Positions 50,198-60,941 of a stretch of DNA of 64,000 bases are shown in pieces. The stretch lies in contig JBCNUW010000001.1 of assembly GCA_039630575.1 (NCBI GenBank), positions 86,492 through 150,491 on the forward strand, written 5' to 3'. Position numbers and translations under genes: made by a program. Origin of the DNA: Candidatus Hydrothermales bacterium (GTDB lineage Bacteria > Hydrothermota > Hydrothermia > Hydrothermales > JAJRUZ01). Position 1 is the stretch's first letter; each line of letters begins with the position of its first letter. The notes under the pieces were generated by a model. The model ran no database searches, had not been told where the DNA came from, and was given only the letters and a program-made list of their open reading frames with translations.

Positions 50198-51056
50198 ATC
50201 TATTTTTCCCTTTTTTCTTAGCTTTTAAAAGTGCTTTGTCCGCTCTGTTTATAAAGTATTCAAAATTATCTATGTTATCACAAAGTGTGATCCCAATTGA
50301 CACAGTGATCTTTTTTCCTATTTCCTTTTCTGATTTGTTACTTATTCTAAAAAGCAGATCTTCTGCAATTTTTATAACTTCATTTTTTGTAATATCAGGT
50401 AAAACTATAAGGAACTCCTCACCTCCCCACCTCACAACAAATCCCCTGTCCTCTAATTCTCTTAAAATTTTAGAAATAAAAACTATTAACATATCACCTG
50501 TTTCGTGTCCGTAGACATCGTTAAACTTTTTAAAATTGTCAATATCCAAAAGGAAAATATAACTTTCCCTTGCCTTTTTAAGTAAATTTTTTATTACTTG
50601 GTAAAAGGCTCTTCTGTTGTGAAGTCCAGACAATTCATCCTTTAAAGCAATTTCTTCAAGTTTTAAAATTTTTTCTCTATCATCCTTTGTTAAAAGGGAA
50701 AGTCTTTTAGCAATATTCAACAATTCTCTTGTACTTTCATCAACCCCAAAATCTTCAGTGGTCAATATAATATTATAAATTCCTACACTGATCTCATCAC
50801 CTATATTTAACTTCTCTTTTTTTATTCTATGACCATTTAAAAAAGTACCGTTTTTACTTCCCATATCTTCTATGAAAAGATCATCATCTTCAATAAAAAT
50901 TTTAAAATGCCTCCTTGAAACAAGATTATCATCAAGGACTAAATCATTTTCAGGGCTTCTTCCTACTAAAATTTCAATCTTTTTTATAGTAAACACTCGT
51001 AGGATCTCATTTCCCTTTTTTACGACTAAATTTAAATTTTTTTTATCCTTTAACAA
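50184..51056 (-). CDS. FHA-domain diguanylate cyclase (FHA + GGDEF with intact GGEEF)
   Basis: FHA: ILVGRSPENDLVLDDNLVSRRHFKIF...GSKNGTFLNG; GGDEF: LSGLHNRRAF...RWGGEEFLIVL. Confidence 0.85.
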   Translation of the reverse strand: MLKDKKNLNLVVKKGNEILRVFTIKKIEILVGRSPENDLVLDDNLVSRRHFKIFIEDDDLFIEDMGSKNGTFLNGHRIKKEKLNIGDEISVGIYNIILTTEDFGVDESTRELLNIAKRLSLLTKDDREKILKLEEIALKDELSGLHNRRAFYQVIKNLLKKARESYIFLLDIDNFKKFNDVYGHETGDMLIVFISKILRELEDRGFVVRWGGEEFLIVLPDITKNEVIKIAEDLLFRISNKSEKEIGKKITVSIGITLCDNIDNFEYFINRADKALLKAKKKGKNRFEFI

Positions 51057-52500
51057 CTCCTAAAGGTGTCAATTTTGCTACTTTTTTCGATATCTGTGCT
51101 CTATGCACCACATCTACCACAAGATCAAGATTTTTATATGCATCTGGTATCTCTTCTTCCATAGTATCCCTTGAAGCAGCCCTTACTCTTACTCCAACTT
51201 TTAAAAGTTCACCTTGTATATCTCTGCCTTTGGCAGCTTTTATCGCAGCTGCTCTTGAGAGAACTCTTCCAGCACCATGACAAGTAGAACCGAAAGACTT
51301 CTCCATAGCTTTTTGTGTACCAACAAGTATGTATGAACCTGTTCCCATACTTCCTGGGATCAAAACAGGTTGCCCAACATCTTTATAAACCCCTGGAATT
51401 TCTGGATGACCAGGAGGAAATGCTCTTGTAGCTCCCTTCCTATGTACCCAAACCCATCTCTCTTTTCCTTCAACTGTATGTTTTTCCCTTTTTGCAATAT
51501 TATGGGCAACATCATATATCATATCTATACCAAGTTCAATAGAACTTTTTCCCAAAACTTTCTCAAAACTCTCCCTTACCCAATGAGTAATCATTTGTCT
51601 ATTACACCATGCAAAATTTGCTGCTGCATTCATAGCTTTAATATAGTCTTGAGCCTCCCTGGAGGTAATCGGTGCACATGCAAGCTGATTATCAGGAAGT
51701 TCTATTCTATATTTTTTCATTGCACCCATCATGATTCTAATAAAATCGTCGGCAATTTGATGTCCGAATCCTCTTGAACCACAATGTATCATGATGCAAA
51801 TTTGACCTAAAAATAAATTCATCTTTTTTGCTGTCTCCTCATCAAAAATTTTATCAACTACCTGTAACTCAAGGAAATGATTACCTGAACCAAGTGTACC
51901 CAATTGAGGCATCCCTCTTTCTCTTGCTTTATTAGATACAGGCTCTGTTCCTGCTCCATCTAAAGAACCATAAGACTCTGTTCTTTTCAGATCCTCTTCT
52001 GTTCCAAATCCTTTCTTAACAGCCCATTTTGCTCCCTGAATCATCACATCCTCTAAATCTCTTTCACTTATTCTTATTTTCCCTTTTGCTCCTACACCTG
52101 ATGGAATATTGTAAAATAAAGCATCTAACAATTTGTCAATATACTTTATAACTTCCTCTTTTTTTAAGTTTGTCCTTAAAACTCTTACACCACAGTTTAT
52201 ATCATAGCCTACACCACCTGGTGAGATTACCCCTTCTTTTTCATCCATTGCAGCAACACCACCAATAGGGAATCCGTACCCCCAGTGTATATCTGGCATA
52301 GCAAGAGAAGCTTTAATAATACCTGGTAAAAAAGCAACGTTTGCTACCTGTTCAGGTGCTTTATCTTGAATAATACTTTCCATAAGCTCTTTTGTTGCAA
52401 AAATTATACCAGGAACCCTCATACCTTTTTTATAAGTTTTTGGTATTTCAAAAGTTACCTCATCAATTTGATTTAAAGGTCCATTCCATACTTCAGACAT
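51043..52500 (-). CDS. rtcB: RNA-splicing ligase RtcB
   Basis: MPDIHWGYGFPIGGVAAMD, SPGGVGYDINCGVR, GSGNHFLELQ, C-terminal HNHAG-like region; 485 aa. Confidence 0.9.
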   Translation of the reverse strand: MSEVWNGPLNQIDEVTFEIPKTYKKGMRVPGIIFATKELMESIIQDKAPEQVANVAFLPGIIKASLAMPDIHWGYGFPIGGVAAMDEKEGVISPGGVGYDINCGVRVLRTNLKKEEVIKYIDKLLDALFYNIPSGVGAKGKIRISERDLEDVMIQGAKWAVKKGFGTEEDLKRTESYGSLDGAGTEPVSNKARERGMPQLGTLGSGNHFLELQVVDKIFDEETAKKMNLFLGQICIMIHCGSRGFGHQIADDFIRIMMGAMKKYRIELPDNQLACAPITSREAQDYIKAMNAAANFAWCNRQMITHWVRESFEKVLGKSSIELGIDMIYDVAHNIAKREKHTVEGKERWVWVHRKGATRAFPPGHPEIPGVYKDVGQPVLIPGSMGTGSYILVGTQKAMEKSFGSTCHGAGRVLSRAAAIKAAKGRDIQGELLKVGVRVRAASRDTMEEEIPDAYKNLDLVVDVVHRAQISKKVAKLTPLGVVKG

Positions 52501-52533
52501 GTTTTACCTCCTTTGTTAAAAACTTATTATAAT

Positions 52534-53367
52534 CTATAATCTTGAAATTTTTAAAAGATAGTCAACAAATTCTTTTTCAAGTTCTTTATAATATGGAAAA
52601 ACTTTAATACTAATTTTATTTATTGACTTTACAGGTTTAAGCTCAGTAGATGTACCAGTTAAAAAAACACCGTCTGCTTCAAATAAATCCCAGATCATAA
52701 CCTTATTTTCAAAAACTAAGTATCCCTTATTTTTCAAAAACTCAATAAATCTTTTCCTTGTAACACCTGGTAAAATTCCATTTAAAGAAGGTGTAAAAAA
52801 AACTTTGTCTTTGATATAAAAAATATTTGTAGAGGAACCCTCTTTTACAGATCCATCCTCATCAAAAAATAATGCCTCATCAAAGCCCTTTTGCTTAGCA
52901 AAGTATTTCACCATTACGTTTGGCAGTAAATTTGTAGTTTTCAAGTGAGCCCATTTCCATCTTATTTCAGGAAATAAAATTATATTAAAATACTCAGGAA
53001 TATGAGGAATATCTTGGCAAAAAACAACATAATTTGGTTTGGGTCTCTCTTTTACAAAATGTTCCCTTTCAACAGAACCTCCTGTAACCTGAATGTAAAC
53101 AATACATTCCCTTTTTCCATATTGATTTGCAACATTCAAACAAATTTTTTTCCATTCATCCTTTTTTAAAGGATTCTCTATTCTTAGTTCACTTAACCCT
53201 TTTTCCAATCTATCAATATGATCATCAAAACAGATAAGAATCCTGTCACAAAACCTTATCACTTCATAAACTGATTCACCAAAATTGAAACCCCTATCCT
53301 TTAGTAAATTATAGTAAACCTTAGATTTTACAAACCTACCGTTATAGAAAATTAACTTATTATCCAT
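52534..53367 (-). CDS. class IV (fold-type IV) PLP aminotransferase family protein (IlvE/Dat/PabC-like)
   Basis: 277 aa; ESVYEVIR...KEGSSTNIFYIK...LPGVTRKRFIE...GTSTELKPVKSIN pattern. Confidence 0.65.
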   Translation of the reverse strand: MDNKLIFYNGRFVKSKVYYNLLKDRGFNFGESVYEVIRFCDRILICFDDHIDRLEKGLSELRIENPLKKDEWKKICLNVANQYGKRECIVYIQVTGGSVEREHFVKERPKPNYVVFCQDIPHIPEYFNIILFPEIRWKWAHLKTTNLLPNVMVKYFAKQKGFDEALFFDEDGSVKEGSSTNIFYIKDKVFFTPSLNGILPGVTRKRFIEFLKNKGYLVFENKVMIWDLFEADGVFLTGTSTELKPVKSINKISIKVFPYYKELEKEFVDYLLKISRL

Positions 53368-54146
53368 AAGGGATTTATCGGTATTGAGCCTTTACCTAAC
53401 TCAACAGAGTTCTTTATTGCACCATAAATGAACTCTTTAGCTTTTTTTATTGAGTCTAAAACATCGTAACCTAAAGCAAGATTTGCCGCAATACTTGCAG
53501 AAAAACTACAACCAGCTCCATGAAATTTTTTATTAACCATTACCTTTTCACTTTCCATAAGTACAAAGTCTTTACCATCATATACAACATCTATTGCCTT
53601 CTCTCCAAAATGTCCACCCTTTATTACAACGTATGATGGACCAAAATCTTTGATGATCTTAGCAGCTTTTTTTGCATCGTCGATACTTTCAACTTTAAAA
53701 CCAGTAAAATTTTCTGCCTCATAACTGTTTGGAGTTACTACTAAAGCTAGTGGAAAAAGAGAATCAAGAAGTAGCTTTTTTGCTTCCTCTAAAAGCAATC
53801 TTTCACCTGAGCCTGCAAACACAACGGGATCTAAAACGTAATTTTTTAGTTTAAAAAAATTTATCCTATCAGCAACAACCTCTATTATTTCTTTTGAATA
53901 AAGCATACCAGTTTTAAAAGCACTTATCTTGAAATCTTCACAAACCATATCGATCTGATCCCTTACAACATTTGGGCTAACCATCTGAATTGATTTTACT
54001 CCCTTTGTATTCTGGGAAGTAATTGCAGTAATAACTGAAAGACCAAAAGTTCTGTGAACAGCAAAAGTTTTAAGATCAACTTGAATGCCAGCACCACCTC
54101 CACTATCACTTCCAGCGATAGTTAGGACACAGGGAAACTTATTCAA
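53352..54146 (-). CDS. thiD: hydroxymethylpyrimidine/phosphomethylpyrimidine kinase
   Basis: VLTIAGSDSGGGAGIQVDLKTFA...TAITSQNTKGV...FKTGML. Confidence 0.9.
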   Translation of the reverse strand: MNKFPCVLTIAGSDSGGGAGIQVDLKTFAVHRTFGLSVITAITSQNTKGVKSIQMVSPNVVRDQIDMVCEDFKISAFKTGMLYSKEIIEVVADRINFFKLKNYVLDPVVFAGSGERLLLEEAKKLLLDSLFPLALVVTPNSYEAENFTGFKVESIDDAKKAAKIIKDFGPSYVVIKGGHFGEKAIDVVYDGKDFVLMESEKVMVNKKFHGAGCSFSASIAANLALGYDVLDSIKKAKEFIYGAIKNSVELGKGSIPINPLWIIS

Positions 54147-54741
54147 AGTTTATTTCCCTTTCTTCAGTTATTATACCTTTATATAGAAAGGAAATTTGTC
54201 TCAATAAAACATAATAGTCAAACTCATTTATTGCTGAAATTGCGTCCTTAGGAACAAAAATTTTATAGCCATGTAAAGCTGCTGACCCGGCTGTATGTAG
54301 TACACATATATTAGCCACAGTTCCTGTTATAACAAGATTTTTAATGTTATTTATTCTTAAAAGATGATCAAATGGTGTACCAAAAAAAGCATCGTATCTA
54401 AGTTTTCTTATTACATAATCACCCTTCTGTGGTTTTAATTCCTCAATTATATCGGATCCCCATGAATCCTTAACAGCGTGTTTTCCCCAAATTGGAAATT
54501 CAATATCTTCCTCTTCATGATAATCCTGTGTAAAAAAAATTTTAACATTACTTTTTCTTGCCTTACTTATTAAATTTTTAATGATAGGAACAGTTTTTTT
54601 AGCATCTGGCACAAATAGTGCACCTTTTTCATTAACAAAATCATTTTGCATATCCACTATAACTAAGGCACTTTCTTTTGAACTTAAAGTTACCTTTTTT
54701 TCGTAAAGGATCTCCGGTATTAAAACTTCTTTTTTATTCAT
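54139..54741 (-). CDS. isochorismatase-family cysteine hydrolase (nicotinamidase/pyrazinamidase-like)
   Basis: ALVIVDMQNDFVNEKGALFVPDA, TQDYHEEED, catalytic-Cys region VITGTVANICVLHTA. Confidence 0.7.
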   Translation of the reverse strand: MNKKEVLIPEILYEKKVTLSSKESALVIVDMQNDFVNEKGALFVPDAKKTVPIIKNLISKARKSNVKIFFTQDYHEEEDIEFPIWGKHAVKDSWGSDIIEELKPQKGDYVIRKLRYDAFFGTPFDHLLRINNIKNLVITGTVANICVLHTAGSAALHGYKIFVPKDAISAINEFDYYVLLRQISFLYKGIITEEREINFE

Positions 54742-54814
54742 TTTAAAGATAAAATAAAAGGATTTGAACCACTAAAATTATTCTCCCTATAAATATTTTC
54801 CTAAATTCTAAAAA

Positions 54815-55012
54815 CTATTTCTTCAATAAGCCTTCTATGGGCTTTAAAAATTGCTCAACTGTAATGTAGGGATTTACCCTAAGAGCTTTTTCTATAATTT
54901 TTTTTCTTTCTTCCTCACTTTCAGCTTTTAAATATTTTTCTCTTAATTTTTTAATTTTCCATTTACGATGCCTTTTTCGATTAAGTTCGGTTTCTCTTAG
55001 TCTTCCTTTCAT
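54815..55012 (-). CDS. small basic protein (65 aa, K/R-rich), unknown function
   Basis: MKGRLRETELNRKRHRKWKIKKLREKY...; coding potential consistent with neighbours, no homology recognised. Confidence 0.4.
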   Translation of the reverse strand: MKGRLRETELNRKRHRKWKIKKLREKYLKAESEEERKKIIEKALRVNPYITVEQFLKPIEGLLKK

Positions 55013-55055
55013 AGTATAATTATAAATAGAAAATTATAAAATTTCAACTTTAAAA

Positions 55056-57095
55056 TTAAATTTTCTTTTTTAGAAAGGGGGAATATTTAAGGTGTTTATC
55101 ACATTCTTTTTTAGGTTCTTTTCCTTCTATATAAATTTCATCTCTTTTTTTTGGACAAAATTTCCCTGCAAGTTTACCAGTTTCTGTGCAAATTGTCCTA
55201 TAAATAATACCATGTGGTTTCTTAAAGTCAAGAGTGTCAGGTATCATAAAAATTTCATTTGCTTTTTTCATAAAGTTAGCCCATATCGGAAGAGCTAAAA
55301 CAGCTCCAGTTGCTTTATCAAAAAGTGTCATAACTGTATCAAGTCCAACCCATACTCCACAAAGGATCTTGGGGGTAAAACCAATGAACCAACTGTCCGT
55401 ATAGTTGTCTGTAGTTCCTGTTTTTCCTGCTGATATACCTCTAAAGCCGTAGTCCCTTGTGTATACGGCAGTTCCATAAGTAAAAGTAGATTTCATCATA
55501 TCTACCAAAATGTATACTTCCCTCTCATCAAATACTCTCTCCTCTCTATACTCAGAGCTCTCTAATACAAGATCTTCTCCGAGCTTTATTTCTTTAATAA
55601 TATGCATTTTCTTTCTTTTTCCCAGATTTGCTATTGTCAAGTAGGATTCACACATTTCCCAAAGAGAAAGAGAGGTTGAACCAAGTGCTATTGAGAGAAA
55701 GGGTGGAATGTGATCTTTTATTCCCAATCTATGAGCAAATTCAATGACAGATCCAGGACCAATTCTTTCAAGTATATTGACAGTGGCAAGATTTCTCGAT
55801 AGAGCAAGACCGTCTCTTACTGTTATGAATCCTAAAAATTGATCATCAAAATTTCTTGGTTTCCAAGGTTTACCTGATCCATCATCCTCTATCACGTAGG
55901 GTAAATCCTCTATGGGATCTCCAGGAAAGATTCCAGAATGGATAGCTGCTAAATAAATGAAAGGTTTAAAAGCTGATCCAACTTGTCTTTTAGCTTGTAT
56001 AGCTCTGTTAAATTGTGACTTTAAAAAGTTTCTTCCTCCAACAAGTGCGAGAACATCACCTGTTTCTACATCAACAGCAATTAAAGCAGCTTCAAGTTTT
56101 AAAGAATCTGCCTTTTTATATCTTTTTTTATGATAATTTCTTACCCTTTTGTCAAAATCATTTAATAGTGAATCTATTATATTTTCAGCTATTTCTTGAA
56201 GTCTTACATCCATAGCAAGTTTCACATTGACACCTTCTTTGTATAGAAAATCCTCACCATAAAGAGAATTTATGTGTTTACGAACCTCTTCGAAGTAGTA
56301 TCTTCCGATTTGTTTTGATTTTCTGTCCCCTTTAACTTTTTTATCAGGCAAAGGTTCAGAAATTGAATTCAAATATGTTTCTTTGTCAATCACACCGTTT
56401 TTATAAAGTATTTCTAAAACAAAATCTCTTCTTTTTTTTGAAAGTTCGGGATTTTTTATAGGTGAGTATACATTTGCGTTTTTAGGTATTGCAGCCAAAA
56501 GTGCAGCTTCTGCCCATGTAACATCATTGGGCAATTTACCAAAAAAGTATTTACAGGCAGCTTTAACTCCATATATGCCGTCGCCAAAGTAAATTTGGTT
56601 AAGGTATTTCTCTAATATTTCATTTTTTGTGAAATTTTTTTCTAAAATTAAAGCTAAAACTATTTCTTTAATTTTTCTATCTATAGTTTTTTCAAAAGTT
56701 AAAAACATATTCCTGGCAAGTTGCTGAGTTATAGTTGAGGCACCTTGAACATAACTTTTTTCTTTTATGTTTATAAAAAAAGCCTTTATTAATCTTATAA
56801 AGTCAATTCCAAAATGGCTGTAAAATCTCTTATCTTCAAGAGTTATGAAAGCTTTTTGTATCCTTGGTGAAATTGAATCAAGTGAGGTGGGCTCCCTTTT
56901 CTCAGTAAAAAACTCATAAACTAATTTATTTTCCCTATCATAAACATGTGTTACTCTTGCTGGCTTATAAAAGTAAACAAGCTCAAGTGGTGGTAAATCA
57001 CGTGAAAAGTAGAAAAGAATTGATGCGAAAATTAAGAAAATTAAAATTGAGGAAAGTAAAAGAAAACTAATCCATTTCTTTAAAGATAAAATCAT
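55056..57095 (-). CDS. class A penicillin-binding protein (PBP1A-type bifunctional transglycosylase/transpeptidase)
   Basis: GT51 motifs EDKRFYSHFGIDF, GASTITQQLARN, KYLNQIYFG; transpeptidase SAFKPF, SRN, KTGTT. Confidence 0.9.
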   Translation of the reverse strand: MILSLKKWISFLLLSSILIFLIFASILFYFSRDLPPLELVYFYKPARVTHVYDRENKLVYEFFTEKREPTSLDSISPRIQKAFITLEDKRFYSHFGIDFIRLIKAFFINIKEKSYVQGASTITQQLARNMFLTFEKTIDRKIKEIVLALILEKNFTKNEILEKYLNQIYFGDGIYGVKAACKYFFGKLPNDVTWAEAALLAAIPKNANVYSPIKNPELSKKRRDFVLEILYKNGVIDKETYLNSISEPLPDKKVKGDRKSKQIGRYYFEEVRKHINSLYGEDFLYKEGVNVKLAMDVRLQEIAENIIDSLLNDFDKRVRNYHKKRYKKADSLKLEAALIAVDVETGDVLALVGGRNFLKSQFNRAIQAKRQVGSAFKPFIYLAAIHSGIFPGDPIEDLPYVIEDDGSGKPWKPRNFDDQFLGFITVRDGLALSRNLATVNILERIGPGSVIEFAHRLGIKDHIPPFLSIALGSTSLSLWEMCESYLTIANLGKRKKMHIIKEIKLGEDLVLESSEYREERVFDEREVYILVDMMKSTFTYGTAVYTRDYGFRGISAGKTGTTDNYTDSWFIGFTPKILCGVWVGLDTVMTLFDKATGAVLALPIWANFMKKANEIFMIPDTLDFKKPHGIIYRTICTETGKLAGKFCPKKRDEIYIEGKEPKKECDKHLKYSPFLKKKI

Positions 57096-58359
57096 AATAG
57101 TATCTCCCCCTTTTTATTGTCCATTTTTTTTCTTTTTTTACAAATTCACAGAGCACCTTTTCTATTTCTTCTATACTTTTTATTTCTACATCTTCAATTT
57201 TAACTATGAGGTCCCCTTCTTTTAGACCAATTTTGTCTGCATATTTACCCCTTTTTATATCGTTTATGAAAACACCGTTTTTCCCATTTTTTAAATTTAT
57301 TCCCATTACACTCAAAAAACTCTCAATTTTTGAACCAAGTTTAATATTTGTAACGTTCTTTTTACCATTTCTCTCATAAACAAGAAGAACATTTTCATCT
57401 TTTCGCAAAAGATCCACTTTTTTCCTAAAATCTGAGTAGTTTTTAACAAGGTCTTTACCTATTTTTAAAATGATGTCACCTGGCTCTAAACCAGCTCTGT
57501 CTGCAGGACCATCTTGAAGAACTGAAGTAATGACAATACCTTTATCTATGGGTTTCACTTCAAGTCCCAAAAAACCTCTTGGATAATAAGAATACAGCTT
57601 CAAGTAGTTTACAACAATTTTTAAAAGATTTGATGGAATTGCAAAACCTATTCCTTCAAAACCTCCTGATTTTGAAACAATAAAGGTATTCATTCCGATA
57701 ACTTCACCTCTTGCATTAAGGAGTGGGCCACCTGAATTACCAGGATTAATAGAAGCGTCTGTTTGAATCATACCTCTATAAATCCTTTCACCTTCTCCCT
57801 TAAAAGTTCTGTTTAAAGCACTTATTACTCCAACAGTAACAGTTGGCTCTACATCTTCCCAGAGATACCCAAAAGGGTTTCCCATAGCTATTGCCCATTC
57901 TCCTCTTTCAAGTTTATCAGAATCAGCAAAATTAAGATAAGGTAAATTTTTGCCATTTATCTTTAAAAGAGCAATATCAAGGGAATAATCCTTACCTACA
58001 ACCTTAGCTATAAAATTTCTTCCGTCTGGTAAGGAAACTACTATACTGTCAGAATTACTAATAACATGCTCGTTTGTTAAAATGTAACCATCCTCTGAGA
58101 TTATAAATCCTGAGCCTTGCGAGGATATTCGTTCTTTATATTCAGGAAACTCAAAAAATTCAAGGAAATCTCTGAAAAATGGATCATTAAAAATTGATGG
58201 TGCAAGAGAAACATACCTTGTAGTGAAACAGGTTATTGAAACAACAGCATTTTGACATTTTTTTACTGCATTTATTATTGCATTTTCTCTATCTAAGGCT
58301 ATTTCCTTTTGAAGAAGTAGTAAAATCGTAAAAATCATTTTCCTAGTAGGGACTCCCAA
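57067..58359 (-). CDS. htrA: HtrA/DegP-family periplasmic serine protease with two PDZ domains
   Basis: [18 protein letters not shown] (His), DIALLKI (Asp), [19 protein letters not shown] (Ser). Confidence 0.9.
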   Translation of the reverse strand: MGVPTRKMIFTILLLLQKEIALDRENAIINAVKKCQNAVVSITCFTTRYVSLAPSIFNDPFFRDFLEFFEFPEYKERISSQGSGFIISEDGYILTNEHVISNSDSIVVSLPDGRNFIAKVVGKDYSLDIALLKINGKNLPYLNFADSDKLERGEWAIAMGNPFGYLWEDVEPTVTVGVISALNRTFKGEGERIYRGMIQTDASINPGNSGGPLLNARGEVIGMNTFIVSKSGGFEGIGFAIPSNLLKIVVNYLKLYSYYPRGFLGLEVKPIDKGIVITSVLQDGPADRAGLEPGDIILKIGKDLVKNYSDFRKKVDLLRKDENVLLVYERNGKKNVTNIKLGSKIESFLSVMGINLKNGKNGVFINDIKRGKYADKIGLKEGDLIVKIEDVEIKSIEEIEKVLCEFVKKEKKWTIKRGRYYYDFIFKEMD

Positions 58360-59030
58360 TCTTCAAGAAATCTCTTTATACCAATATCTGTTAAGGGATG
58401 TTTTAGCATTTTTTCTATAACATCTGGAGGTACTGTAACAATATCTGCACCAAGGGTAAAAGCCTCGATAACATGAATAGGATGTCTCACACTAGCAACT
58501 AAAAGTTCTGAATCAAAATTATTAAAAGATAAAATTTGGGATAAAATTCTTACAATTTCCATACCCTCATTTGAAATATCATCGAGTCTTCCAATAAATG
58601 GAGAAATGAATCTTGCTCCTGCTTTTAATGACAAAAGACCTTGTGATGGAGAAAATATTAAAGTCATATTTACATCTATACCCTCTGATGTAAGTTTCTT
58701 TGTTGCTTTTAAACCCTCCTCTCCGAAGGGTATTTTTATCACTATATTTTTATTAATCTTTGCTAGTTCTATACCTTCCCTCACCATTCCCTCTTCATCT
58801 AAGGCTATAACCTCAGCAGATACAGGACCTTCGACAATTTCACAAATTTTCTCTAAAATTTCTTTACTTTTTTCAAAAATCTCTCTTTTATCTTTTGGTT
58901 TAAAATCAGGATAGAGCCTTTTAATTTCCTTTGATAAAAGAGTAGGATTAGTTGTAGCTCCTTCAATGATACCTAAAGATTTAAACCTTTTAAGTTCATC
59001 CAAGTTTGAGGTATCAGCAAAAATCTTCAT
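58335..59030 (-). CDS. transaldolase / fructose-6-phosphate aldolase (Fsa/TalC subfamily)
   Basis: [32 protein letters not shown]..., [30 protein letters not shown]; 231 aa. Confidence 0.85.
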   Translation of the reverse strand: MKIFADTSNLDELKRFKSLGIIEGATTNPTLLSKEIKRLYPDFKPKDKREIFEKSKEILEKICEIVEGPVSAEVIALDEEGMVREGIELAKINKNIVIKIPFGEEGLKATKKLTSEGIDVNMTLIFSPSQGLLSLKAGARFISPFIGRLDDISNEGMEIVRILSQILSFNNFDSELLVASVRHPIHVIEAFTLGADIVTVPPDVIEKMLKHPLTDIGIKRFLEDWESLLGK

Positions 59031-60336
59031 CCTTAAGTCTCTCCTCTTTAAAAGGGATAGAACCTTTTAGTGAAAAAATTCTAATGAAAAAGACTGTAAA
59101 AATTAAAGCATTTATAAATGTGGCAAAGCTATTTAAGGAAAGTAAGAAAATTATTTTATTTTTAAAATCTATTATAAAAAAAGGTAGTGTTAATATTAAA
59201 AGCCAAAGGAGTAGATTCTTAAAAACTATTCCTTCCTTTTTTATTGCAAAAAATACTCTTGAGAAAAATCTTGAAAAAAGATAAAAAAGAAGAGATAAAG
59301 AAAGAAGCAAAAATTCATCAGTATAAAATTTAAACTTATTCTTTGGAAAAAAAAGATGAAGAAAGGACTTACCGATTGATACTATGAAGATTGTAAAAAA
59401 TACTAAAGAGATAAAAATAAGAATTGAAGAAAGAACGATTGTTCTAAAAAATTTTTTTCTTTTTCCCTCATAATAGGAACTGGAAATGTGGGGATAAACT
59501 GGCACAAAATAGGAATTAAATAGAAGTTTAACAGCCTGAAAGATTGAAATTTCGGCTGTAAAATTACCGATTAAATCATCAGCAACATTTTTTAATTTTA
59601 AAAGCAAAATAGGGTAACTAAAGTAACTTTGAATGAGTGTATTTGAAAAACCCATTGAGAAAATTCCCCCTTTTAAAAAATTTAAATTTATCTTAAAGAG
59701 AAAACTCCTTTTAAGATAAATTAAATAAAAAAGGAAAAATAAAAAATTAGAAAGTTCAGATAAAATGTAAACTACTATAAATAAATTAATCCTATCTATC
59801 CCCTTAATAAAGTAAAAAAAACCAAAAAGTAAGAAAAATAATCCTTTTAAAATGTTAACTAAACTAAAGGCATAAAAAAGCCTTTTTCCTATAAGGAAGC
59901 CAATCCCTATTGAGGAAAAAATTGAAAAAAAATGAACTAAGAAAGCACCAAATAAGATGAAAAAATCATTGTTAAAAAATTTCTTTAATAATAAATCTTT
60001 TAGAATTAAGAAAAATAAAATAGAGAGAAGAAATACAAGAGATATATACGTAAAAGATTCATCAACTAAATCCTTGATTTTTTCACTTTCACCCTTAGCC
60101 TTCAATTCGACAATTTTTCTTGAAAGATAGTCTCTAAATCCAGATCCAAGTAAAAAAGAGGTAAAATTATAAAAGGAATAGAAAACTCCAAGAATCCCAA
60201 CACCCTCTGAACCAATTACTTTTCCTGAAAATGACAAAAATAGAAAATAAAAGAAGGATTGTGAAAAGTGGCCAAAGGTAGTCCAAATTGTTCCACCTAT
60301 TAAACCCTTTGTAAATAATAATTTTTTTAAAATAAT
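59014..60336 (-). CDS. Wzx-like polysaccharide flippase (MOP/PST family); TTG at 60237 is the first canonical start but the conserved N-terminus extends upstream to a candidate ATT start
   Basis: ~12 TM protein; region in frame upstream of 60237 encodes [51 protein letters not shown], matching the Wzx N-terminal pattern; GGAGGA SD 6 nt before ATT 60336-60334. Confidence 0.55.
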   Translation of the reverse strand: MILKKLLFTKGLIGGTIWTTFGHFSQSFFYFLFLSFSGKVIGSEGVGILGVFYSFYNFTSFLLGSGFRDYLSRKIVELKAKGESEKIKDLVDESFTYISLVFLLSILFFLILKDLLLKKFFNNDFFILFGAFLVHFFSIFSSIGIGFLIGKRLFYAFSLVNILKGLFFLLFGFFYFIKGIDRINLFIVVYILSELSNFLFFLFYLIYLKRSFLFKINLNFLKGGIFSMGFSNTLIQSYFSYPILLLKLKNVADDLIGNFTAEISIFQAVKLLFNSYFVPVYPHISSSYYEGKRKKFFRTIVLSSILIFISLVFFTIFIVSIGKSFLHLFFPKNKFKFYTDEFLLLSLSLLFYLFSRFFSRVFFAIKKEGIVFKNLLLWLLILTLPFFIIDFKNKIIFLLSLNSFATFINALIFTVFFIRIFSLKGSIPFKEERLKDEDFC

Positions 60337-60338
60337 TT

Positions 60339-60941
60339 CTAATCCTCCGTACTATATCCCATCGAAATACCAAAAAATATATTAAAACCACTTAATGGGT
60401 TTGAAATTATAAAATCTGTTAAATCAGGACTATCAAGAAAATAACCTGAAGTGTATATTCCGTCTACTCCCAAATAAAACGTAAATATACCAGGTCTTTC
60501 ACGTGTTAAGTTTACATTAAACTCAATACCAGCTTTTATAACTGGATAAATATAGTTACTGTAATTTTTTTTACCTACTTCATCTAAGTTTAATTCTTGA
60601 AAACTTCCACCAATACCTACTATGGGATAAAAACCAAAAATTTTTGATTTAAGCAAATTTGCTCCACCATCTAGAATCCAGGTTTGAAAATAAAACTTAT
60701 TCAAATTGTTCGGTGAAGAAAATCTATTTTGTTGAAAGTTTAATCTTATAAAACCTTTATCCTTTTTATAAAATCCAGCACCAAAAGTATATCCTTGAGA
60801 AAAATTTTTTAAAGTTTCACAATTTAAAAGTCTTATTTCATCATTTATGCCCTTTAAATCAAGAAATTGAGAATTCGTGTTTAAATATATAGATATGCAA
60901 GAATTTAAAAATATCAAAAATAAAAACAATAGAACTTTCAT
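60339..60941 (-). CDS. lipoprotein, paralog A (start probably the MKVLL Met at 60941)
   Basis: MKVLLFLFLIFLNSC lipobox; YPIVGIGGSF core shared with the upstream paralog; TAATG overlap and GGGAGGAAG SD. Confidence 0.55.
   Translation of the reverse strand: MKVLLFLFLIFLNSCISIYLNTNSQFLDLKGINDEIRLLNCETLKNFSQGYTFGAGFYKKDKGFIRLNFQQNRFSSPNNLNKFYFQTWILDGGANLLKSKIFGFYPIVGIGGSFQELNLDEVGKKNYSNYIYPVIKAGIEFNVNLTRERPGIFTFYLGVDGIYTSGYFLDSPDLTDFIISNPLSGFNIFFGISMGYSTED

Noticed and set aside
60167-60391. 74-aa ORF on the minus strand overlapping the lipoprotein end and flippase start
   Set aside because: It is out of frame with both supported genes and of nonspecific hydrophobic composition. The conserved flippase N-terminus is in a different frame
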